This document shows, in pieces, positions 56,941 to 64,000 of a DNA stretch of 64,000 bases. Made by a program: the position numbers and the translations under genes. This stretch comes from an uncultured delta proteobacterium. Lineage in GTDB: Bacteria > Desulfobacterota > Desulfomonilia > UBA1062. Where the stretch lies: contig CAWCTR010000023.1 in NCBI GenBank assembly GCA_963798485.1, forward strand, positions 32,001 to 96,000. The letters run 5' to 3'. Positions within the stretch are counted from its first letter, which is position 1, and the number at the start of each line of letters is the position of its first letter. The notes under the pieces were generated by a model that saw nothing but the letters and a program-made list of their open reading frames with translations, ran no database searches and was not told where the DNA came from.

Positions 56941-58227
56941 ATGAAACGCCTTGCCCTGGTAAGCCTCGGCTGCCCGAAGAACCTGGTTGACTCGGAATAC
57001 ATCTGCGAGCGTTTCATCAAGGCAGGATATACCGTTGTCCAGGAACCTGAAGATGCCGACCTCGTGGTGGTGAACACCTGTTCGTTCCTGACCTCGGCTG
57101 TGGAAGAATCCGTCAATACCCTGATTGAACTTGCTCGGAGCGGCAAGGAGGTAATCTGCACAGGCTGCCTGGTGAGCAGGTATAAAAAAGAGATCCTGAC
57201 AGAGCTTCCCGAGATAAGCATGTTCGCCGGGCCCGGTAGCTATGATTCCATTGTCGAGGCCTACGAATCGGGCAAACGCTATCTTGATCCCTGTTTCACC
57301 TCCGTGGTGAAGAGATCCTTCTTCAGCAGCACTGCCAGTGCGTATGTAAAGATAAGTGAGGGATGCAACAACCGTTGCAAGTACTGCCTTATCCCATCCA
57401 TCAGGGGTTCTCTGGTAAGCAAACCTATGGAAGAGCTTATTGACGAATGCATGGAACTTGCCGATGGCGGGGCCAAAGAGATCGTCCTGGTGGCCCAGGA
57501 CCTTGGCAGTTATGGGAAGGACCTGGCCATAAAGGCAGGCCTTGTCCGGCTTGTCGAGAGGATCTCCGCATTAGAAACCGTAGAGTGGATACGACTTATG
57601 TACGTCCATCCGGCCTCACTGACCAAGGCCCTTGTCGAGCAGATCGAGGTCAACCCGAAGGTGTGCCCGTACATCGACCTGCCCATCCAGCATGTTTCGG
57701 GGAAGGTCCTTACGAAAATGGGAAGGCGGGGCGGGGCAGGTGCGGTCAGGAAGGCCTTCGAGCTTATCCATGCGTCAAAAAAAGAGATATGGGTCAGGAC
57801 GAGCCTCATGGTGGGCCACCCCGGCGAGGATGATGAGGCCTTCAGCGAGCTCGAGCACTTTGTCGCACAGGGCAACATCCAACACCTCGGGGTCTTTGCC
57901 TATTCGCCGGAACAGGGCTCCAAGAGCTATACCCTCAAGGACATGCCTGAAAAACGCATTGCCGTTAAGCGCAAGCGCAGGATCATGGCGCTCCAGCAGA
58001 AGGTTTCGAAAAAAAGGCTTAACAAGATGGCAGGCAAAGAGGTAAAGGTCCTCATTGAAGGGTATCACCCCGAAACCGAGCTCCTCCTAAAGGGAAGGGC
58101 CTCGTTTCAGGCCCCGGAGGTGGACGGCATGGTGATAATCAATGAAGGTGGGGCCGATGCAGGGAACATTGCAGATGTTGAGATCACCGGTTCATGGGAA
58201 TATGATCTGATCGGAAGGATCGTATGA
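56941..58227 (+). CDS. rimO: Ribosomal protein S12 methylthiotransferase RimO
   Basis: SLGCPKNLVDSE, CNNRCKYC radical SAM motif, APEVDG, TRAM domain. Confidence 0.95.
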   Translation: MKRLALVSLGCPKNLVDSEYICERFIKAGYTVVQEPEDADLVVVNTCSFLTSAVEESVNTLIELARSGKEVICTGCLVSRYKKEILTELPEISMFAGPGSYDSIVEAYESGKRYLDPCFTSVVKRSFFSSTASAYVKISEGCNNRCKYCLIPSIRGSLVSKPMEELIDECMELADGGAKEIVLVAQDLGSYGKDLAIKAGLVRLVERISALETVEWIRLMYVHPASLTKALVEQIEVNPKVCPYIDLPIQHVSGKVLTKMGRRGGAGAVRKAFELIHASKKEIWVRTSLMVGHPGEDDEAFSELEHFVAQGNIQHLGVFAYSPEQGSKSYTLKDMPEKRIAVKRKRRIMALQQKVSKKRLNKMAGKEVKVLIEGYHPETELLLKGRASFQAPEVDGMVIINEGGADAGNIADVEITGSWEYDLIGRIV

Positions 58228-59204
58228 ACGATGCACGTATCATTGAGCTTGGGAGAGATGCTGTGCGCATCGAGATCGAAGGTCTCGAAGAGCTTGCCTC
58301 TCAGATCGGTGAGGGCTTTGCGCGGGCGGTAAGGATTATTTCCGACCTTAAGGGCAAGGTAGTGCTCACCGGGGTAGGCAAATCGGGCATCATCGCCAGG
58401 AAGGTGGCCTCCACCATGATGAGCATAGGAACACCCGCCATCTTCATGCACCCGGTGGACGGCCTGCATGGCGATCTCGGCTCCATCATGTCCGAAGATG
58501 CCGCTATCATCATCACCAACAGCGGCAAGACCACAGAGGTCATCAATCTCATTCCATCACTGAAAGCACTTAAGCTCCCCATCATTACGATAACCTCGGA
58601 TAAGGATTCCCCGGTTGCCAGGGCATCCGATGTGGTGCTGAGGTGCAGCGTGAGCAAGGAGGCATGCAACCTGGGGCTCGCCCCTACCGCCTCCACTACG
58701 GCACAGCTTGCCCTCGGTGATGCTATAGCGGTAGTGGTCTCCCGGATCAAGGGCTTTGACAAGGATTCATTCAGAGTCCTTCACCCCGCAGGGGAAATCG
58801 GGAAACAACTCATGGTCGGCATCTCAGAGATGATGATCACGGGAGAACGCATCCCCATGGTCGGCCTCGATACCACGCTTCCTGATGTAGTAGTAGAGAT
58901 GACGGCGAAAAAGCTGGGCTTCACCCTGGTAGGGAAGACCCCGAACGTAGAAGGCATGATCACAGACGGCGACCTGAGGAGGGTGCTCTTAAAGCACGGG
59001 GATAGACTCACCGGCTTGAAGGCTAAAGACATCATGTCGCCCAAACCCAAGAGAATCAGCAGCGACAAGCTCGCCATTGATGCCCTGGATATCATGGAAA
59101 AATCTCAGATTACCTCCCTGGTTGTAACCGATGAATCCGATACCATGACCGGCGTCATCCATCTCCACGACCTGTTGGGCAGGGGCAAACTTGGGCTGCG
59201 GTAA
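58224..59204 (+). CDS. kdsD: KpsF/GutQ arabinose-5-phosphate isomerase
   Basis: GVGKSG, HGDLG, APTAST, HPAG, CBS pair. Confidence 0.93.
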   Translation: MNDARIIELGRDAVRIEIEGLEELASQIGEGFARAVRIISDLKGKVVLTGVGKSGIIARKVASTMMSIGTPAIFMHPVDGLHGDLGSIMSEDAAIIITNSGKTTEVINLIPSLKALKLPIITITSDKDSPVARASDVVLRCSVSKEACNLGLAPTASTTAQLALGDAIAVVVSRIKGFDKDSFRVLHPAGEIGKQLMVGISEMMITGERIPMVGLDTTLPDVVVEMTAKKLGFTLVGKTPNVEGMITDGDLRRVLLKHGDRLTGLKAKDIMSPKPKRISSDKLAIDALDIMEKSQITSLVVTDESDTMTGVIHLHDLLGRGKLGLR

Positions 59205-59286
59205 TTCTGTTGGGTACCTCCATCAGTCCGATCATCAAGGACGTAATTTAGTGTTTAGTCGACAATGCCACCGCGAAATAGTACGG

Positions 59287-59919
59287 CTAGCTGTTATCAA
59301 ATGTCTTTAGTATTGTGCCGGCATCCTCGACGATGAAGAGCCTGTCCATGTTCTTCAAGGAACGCTCATGGGCCTCTGGGTCCATTGAAGAAACGCAGTC
59401 AGATATGACAACCGGATAAAACCCCCTGTTAGAGGCATCCCGCACACTCGATTCAATGCCCATCTCGGTGGCGATGCCGGTGAATATGATTGTGGTGATA
59501 GAACGGTTGTGCAGCATGAACTCGAATTTTGTCCCAAGAAAGATGCTTGCAAAAGATTTTTCAAGGACAACATCGTCTTTTTCCGGTTCGATCGTCCCAG
59601 GGATCATGCTCTCCTGCGAGCCAGGCGACATAAAGGACGGCAGCTTGTTTACATCATCCACATTGAACCGCCTCATCATCGAATAAAAGTACCATGATGA
59701 TACAAAATTTCTGGGCATGGGCGTGATCAATGTATAGAATACAGGCATCTTGCCGCGTAATATTTCGATGAGCGGTTTCAAAGAGGACATGAATTCCTCC
59801 TTGTTGAATATCCTGTCAACCAGGCCATTCTGTACATCCCAGACAACAAGGCATGAATGTTTGGGATCAACTATCTCCTTAAGATTTTCATACACTTCGA
59901 TTCCATTTATGTTTTTCAT
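59287..59919 (-). CDS. Isochorismatase-family hydrolase (YecD-like, no catalytic Cys)
   Basis: WDVQNG, EK..ASIF.GT, GIATEMGIESS.RDA. Confidence 0.88.
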   Translation of the reverse strand: MKNINGIEVYENLKEIVDPKHSCLVVWDVQNGLVDRIFNKEEFMSSLKPLIEILRGKMPVFYTLITPMPRNFVSSWYFYSMMRRFNVDDVNKLPSFMSPGSQESMIPGTIEPEKDDVVLEKSFASIFLGTKFEFMLHNRSITTIIFTGIATEMGIESSVRDASNRGFYPVVISDCVSSMDPEAHERSLKNMDRLFIVEDAGTILKTFDNS

Positions 59920-60026
59920 CGCTTACCTCGTATCATGCGTTTCTAATCTCGTTTGGGGTTAATCTATATGAGATCTGAGCAAAGGGAAAGTATAGTTTTT
60001 ATCATTGAAAAGGTGTGTATAAATAT

Positions 60027-60041
60027 TGAATAGGTTATTCA
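60027..60041. promoter_or_regulatory. Palindromic operator candidate
   Basis: TGAATA-GGT-TATTCA in the divergent promoter region. Confidence 0.55.
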
Positions 60042-60083
60042 TTCTATGAGATAATCCAGCAATCAGCATATGGGGGCCGAAAC

Positions 60084-61322
60084 ATGAAGAAAATTTCAGT
60101 ACCCTCCAGGCTTTGGTATGAGAATACCGAACGGGAGCTTATCTTTCCGGATAGATGGGATATGACCAACCTCACCTCTCCCGGTCTCGACAAACCAGGT
60201 CTTTCACCCGAGCAGATTAGGGATAAGCTGGAACATCCCATTGACGGACCAGGCCTTGAAGAGCTCACGAAAGGGAAGAGGCAGGCTGTCATCGTTTTTG
60301 ATGATATGACGAGACCTACCCCTGTCAAGGATGTGGCACCGTTCGTTTTGGATATCCTTCATAGGGCGGGCATGAAGCGGGGCCAGATCAGATTCCTCTG
60401 GGCGCTCGGATCACATGGCGCCTATGACATGATCAATGCCAGGAAGAAACTGGGGTCTGAGATCGTTGAAAATTATGCGGTTTATAACCATGACCCTTTT
60501 CAAAACACAGTCCGGGTAGGGAGGACGCCTACCGGGGTGGAAGTCTGGTTCAACAGGGAGTTCATGTCTTGTGATCTCAAGATCGGCATCGGTTGTATCA
60601 CACCACATGTCCATGTAGGTTTCGGCGGCGGGGCCAAACTCATCATGCCGGGCATCGCAGGTATTGAGACCATCAATCAATTTCACAACCAGTTGTTCCG
60701 GGACCCGGTCCGGACCGGTCTCGGTAACTTCGAAAACAATATCATGAGGGCAGAGTGTGATGCTGCCGGTGATCTCGCAGGATTAAATTTCAAAATCGAC
60801 TGTCTCATAAACCGCAAAGGACAGATAACAAACCTCTATGCCGGTCCTTTCCGTGCCACCCACTCTGCCGGGGCCCAGGAGGGCAAAGAACATTATGGCA
60901 TCCCCTTTTCAACCGGCTATGACATCGTTATTTGCAATTCCTATGCAAAAGCCAACGAGGCGGCCATAGCCCTGCTTCTTGCACTCCAGACACTCAAGCC
61001 TGGCGCCCAAGGAATCGCTGTGCTCATATCGGATGCCCCTGAGGGGCAGGTACCCCACTATGTGATGAGGGCCTGGGGATCGGATTATGGCGGGCGGCAC
61101 TACAGCCTCCGTTCACCAGGATTTGTACAGCTCCTCATGAAGAAACTCATTGTGCTTAATCCTCACCCCGACAGGACAAGTCTTGACCTGATTTGCCACC
61201 CTGACGATGCGGTTATTGTCAAAACATGGCCAGAGGTACTTACAATACTGGAAAATGACTATCCGGGAGACGCCAGGGTCGGTGTCATCCAGGACGGCAC
61301 TATGCAGTATATACGATCGTAA
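60084..61322 (+). CDS. LarA-family (lactate racemase domain) nickel-pincer enzyme
   Basis: DDMTRPTP, LGSH, NHD, PH..VGFGGGAK..MPG.AG, FH. Confidence 0.87.
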   Translation: MKKISVPSRLWYENTERELIFPDRWDMTNLTSPGLDKPGLSPEQIRDKLEHPIDGPGLEELTKGKRQAVIVFDDMTRPTPVKDVAPFVLDILHRAGMKRGQIRFLWALGSHGAYDMINARKKLGSEIVENYAVYNHDPFQNTVRVGRTPTGVEVWFNREFMSCDLKIGIGCITPHVHVGFGGGAKLIMPGIAGIETINQFHNQLFRDPVRTGLGNFENNIMRAECDAAGDLAGLNFKIDCLINRKGQITNLYAGPFRATHSAGAQEGKEHYGIPFSTGYDIVICNSYAKANEAAIALLLALQTLKPGAQGIAVLISDAPEGQVPHYVMRAWGSDYGGRHYSLRSPGFVQLLMKKLIVLNPHPDRTSLDLICHPDDAVIVKTWPEVLTILENDYPGDARVGVIQDGTMQYIRS

Positions 61323-61574
61323 TTTCCGTCTATATGAAACAGAAGGGACAAAGATTTCCTATAATTATATCATATTAAATTCAATTATATATAAGGTGTG
61401 TTGTAATAAACCAGTTTTTGTTCACACTGATACCCCCTTGAAAAAGCCAGTATAAGCGGCTTCATCCGTGGCATTCAGGTCGTTCTCAAAGTCTGCGAGG
61501 GTTCCCCTGTCGCCTATGCGGGGGAAATCCCCATAAGTACAATAATACACATAGTATTAATGTTGTTAATCGTT

Positions 61575-63998
61575 TCATTGTGGTGTCACTCCGCATCTCA
61601 TTTCGTATACACCATTAGCGGTATTTCCACTAGGCAACGTGGATATCATTCCATTTGTATAATCAGAAAAGTTGTATCCAGATGGTCCTGAACCATCAGA
61701 CATAACTCTTGCAAATAAAGCAGACCCTGCATAGTCACAAGTAAATGCAAATGTATAACTCTGGCCTCCAACAAGTATTCCAGGACTTGATCCTCCAGCT
61801 GCTTTTATAGAAGCTTGAGTCATATGGCCTTGCCATATGGGTGAACCTCCATTCGCAATCACTGCCACTTCTGAAGTTCCTTCGGCCACAAGCTTCCCGC
61901 CACTATATACACCTATTCTCATATTTACTGCATGGGTTTGATAGCAATATAAGGATAGTTCTTGTATAACCTGATTTCCTGATCCGGGGCATTTAAACAA
62001 GGCATTCCCTTTTAATCCCCATATGGTTGCGACAGACCCAACATCCCCGACATCATCTGTAGCGTTGGAAGTCTGTTGTCCGAAATAGGTTACTGTTCCA
62101 CTACCAACTATCTGTGTAAAACTTGCTGCTATGGTATGTTTAGCTTTAATATTATTAAAGGTGTATGAAGCTATTGGTGATATTGAGATCCCGTCGATCT
62201 TCACACTACTGATACTATATCCTGTGGATGGTGTTATAGTGAAAGTCTGAGATGATAAAGCCTTCACTAAGATAGAACCGGATGGAGAAATTGATCCTCC
62301 TGTTCCTGTACTGGAAGTAATTGTATAAGTTTTAAGGTTAAAGGCTGCAAGAACACTCACATTACTATTTATAACTGCTATACACTTAGTTGTTTGTGAG
62401 CCAGAACACCCTCCGGACCATCCGGCAAAAGTTGAATAAGTATCAGGGGTAGCTGTAAGAGTTACTGATGTTCCTGCGCTGAAAGTTGTTCCTGAAGGAT
62501 TAGTTGTAACTGTTCCTGTCCCATCCCCAGTCTTGGTGATGGTGAGCGTGTAGGTATTTGGTGACATAACAAAAGAAACTACCACAACGTGAGCAGCAGT
62601 TACGTTGGAAATCACATATGGATTGGCAATGGAGACAGATTGACCATTGTCGGTAATACTTCCAATAGAATAACCAGAATTAGGAGTAATGGTAATTGAG
62701 GCAGACTGTCCAGAAGTGATGTTCTGGGTCTGTGGGCTCACTGCCCCATTACTACCGGATACAGAAGCGCTCACATTAAAAGTCTGTATAAAACTTGCTG
62801 ATATGATATGATCAGCTTTAATATTATTGAAGGTGTATGAAGCTATTGGTGATATTGAGATCCCGTCAATCTTCACACTACTGATATTATATCCTGTGGA
62901 TGGTGTTATAGTGAAGGTCTGGGATGATAGTGCATTCACTGAGATAGAGCCGGATGGGGAAATTGATCCTCCTGTTCCCGCACTGGAAGTGATAGTATAA
63001 GTCATAAGATTAAAAGCTGCAGAAATACTTACATTATTATTCATAACCGCTACACACGTAGTTGTTTGTGATCCAGAACACCCTCCGGACCATCCGGCAA
63101 AAGTTGAATAAGTATCAGGGGTAGCTGTAAGAGTTACTGATGTTCCTGCGCTGAAAGTTGTTCCAGCAGGGCTGGTTGTAACCGTTCCTGTCCCATTCCC
63201 CGTCTTAGTAATGGTAAGCGTGTAAGTATTTAATGGTACAAAAGTCACCACCACAACGTGAGCAGCAGTTACGTTGGAAATCACATAAGGATTGGCAATG
63301 GAGACAGATTGACCATTGTCGGTAATACTTCCAATAGAATAACCAGTATCAGGAGTAATGGTAATCGAGGCAGACTGTCCTAAGGCAATGTTCTGTGTCT
63401 GTGGGCTCACTGACCCATTACTGCCGGATACAGAAGCGCTTACATTAAAAGTATTCGTCGTCCCGGTCACACCGGGGGCGCCAAGTCCTTTACTCGCATC
63501 ATCCAGTACAAGCACGGTAACCGCAGAAGGGCTAAAAGACATCGTTCCTGTTGTTGCATACGTTCCTATCAGAATCGATGAGTTATCAGCAGGATTCCAA
63601 GACCAGACGTTCGCATATGAACCGCTTACTTTTGACATATCAACCGTGACTTGATCTGTATTAGGACACCATACCATGACCGTTTCACCAGTGCTCTCTC
63701 GTGCCGTTGCATGATAATGCTCCTCAGTATTTTTATTTGAAGTCACTACCACATTTGTATAATCAGGTATAAAAGACCACCATTGGCGAGACCTCAGCAA
63801 TTTTCCTATGTTTCCCTGGGACACTGCTCCAGAGGCGTTCATAGCATCTTTCCATGAATCATACGGTGCTGAAGTGGAATTACAATATAGGGATACCTGG
63901 GCCCCAAAACTCCACAAAGGACAACACCCGTATACGGCACCAACAAGGCCACCACCTAATATGGTTACAAGTGTTTGAGAATCCCACTGAACAAGTGT
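61575..63998 (-). CDS. Large surface/secreted protein, 5' end outside the window; DUF4038-like end, collagen-binding-like domain, InlB B-repeat-like modules
   Basis: Frame open to the window edge; YTLTITKTG.GTGTVT..TLTATP....FAGWSG and YTITSS.G.GGSISP repeats; Ser/Thr-rich; visibly AT-rich. Confidence 0.8.
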   Translation of the reverse strand, partial: TLVQWDSQTLVTILGGGLVGAVYGCCPLWSFGAQVSLYCNSTSAPYDSWKDAMNASGAVSQGNIGKLLRSRQWWSFIPDYTNVVVTSNKNTEEHYHATARESTGETVMVWCPNTDQVTVDMSKVSGSYANVWSWNPADNSSILIGTYATTGTMSFSPSAVTVLVLDDASKGLGAPGVTGTTNTFNVSASVSGSNGSVSPQTQNIALGQSASITITPDTGYSIGSITDNGQSVSIANPYVISNVTAAHVVVVTFVPLNTYTLTITKTGNGTGTVTTSPAGTTFSAGTSVTLTATPDTYSTFAGWSGGCSGSQTTTCVAVMNNNVSISAAFNLMTYTITSSAGTGGSISPSGSISVNALSSQTFTITPSTGYNISSVKIDGISISPIASYTFNNIKADHIISASFIQTFNVSASVSGSNGAVSPQTQNITSGQSASITITPNSGYSIGSITDNGQSVSIANPYVISNVTAAHVVVVSFVMSPNTYTLTITKTGDGTGTVTTNPSGTTFSAGTSVTLTATPDTYSTFAGWSGGCSGSQTTKCIAVINSNVSVLAAFNLKTYTITSSTGTGGSISPSGSILVKALSSQTFTITPSTGYSISSVKIDGISISPIASYTFNNIKAKHTIAASFTQIVGSGTVTYFGQQTSNATDDVGDVGSVATIWGLKGNALFKCPGSGNQVIQELSLYCYQTHAVNMRIGVYSGGKLVAEGTSEVAVIANGGSPIWQGHMTQASIKAAGGSSPGILVGGQSYTFAFTCDYAGSALFARVMSDGSGPSGYNFSDYTNGMISTLPSGNTANGVYEMRCGVTPQ
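62112..63452 (-). repeat. Intragenic tandem duplication (669 bp and 672 bp units)
   Basis: Copy 1 at 62784-63452, copy 2 at 62112-62783; both begin TFNVSASVSGSNG and share long identical DNA stretches. Confidence 0.93.
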
Positions 63999-64000
63999 AC

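Noticed and set aside
59287-59919. Nicotinamidase supplying the nickel-pincer precursor
   Set aside because: The catalytic Cys position is Gly (ATEMG) and the metal-binding His motif is not evident
61422-61550. 42-codon minus-strand ORF (VYYCTYGDFPRIGDRGTLADFENDL...) in a GC-richer patch
   Set aside because: No SD or recognisable motif; possibly a gene remnant, but not supportable
62112-63452. Duplication as a DGR template/variable repeat pair
   Set aside because: Both copies are in frame in one gene, differences are not adenine-specific and many are synonymous, and no reverse transcriptase is present
1-64000. CRISPR arrays, rRNA, prophage, selenocysteine read-through
   Set aside because: No regularly spaced short repeats, rRNA signatures, phage genes or TGA-interrupted enzymes were seen by eye

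Overview
A gene-dense bacterial chromosomal segment, mostly housekeeping. Gene content and sigma54/sigma28 promoter types suggest an anaerobic diderm of the deltaproteobacterial (Desulfobacterota-like) type; this is inference only. Core runs: def-fmt-rpe-TPR-mlaD; plsC-rnj-ftsK-lolA-cobB-aroE-like; larC-larB-coaX-amidase-SPOR-xerD-tRNA nucleotidyltransferase-tRNA-Ala; xerC-hslVU-yhaM; ricT-metG-HDOD-GGDEF-purB-pyrE-tsaD-rsmA; exbBD-glgC-rimO-kdsD. Acyl-CoA metabolism genes are scattered through the window. Two accessory patches: (i) next to tRNA-Ala(CGC), an IS4-family element with 19-bp terminal inverted repeats, a higBA module and a second, frameshifted higA; (ii) an AT-rich right end carrying a truncated, internally duplicated surface protein gene. 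No CRISPR array, rRNA or prophage was seen. Best leads: eight genes with a sigma70 promoter 6-9 nt before the start codon and no Shine-Dalgarno (apparent leaderless mRNAs); a TPR-lipoprotein + long MlaD + aromatic-proline repeat protein module that may be a non-canonical lipid transport system; an unannotated 54-aa four-cysteine protein; a QseE/G/F-like three-gene signalling module; an ExbD lacking its essential Asp; and a LarA-family enzyme of unknown substrate. All calls come from motifs read by eye, without database searches.
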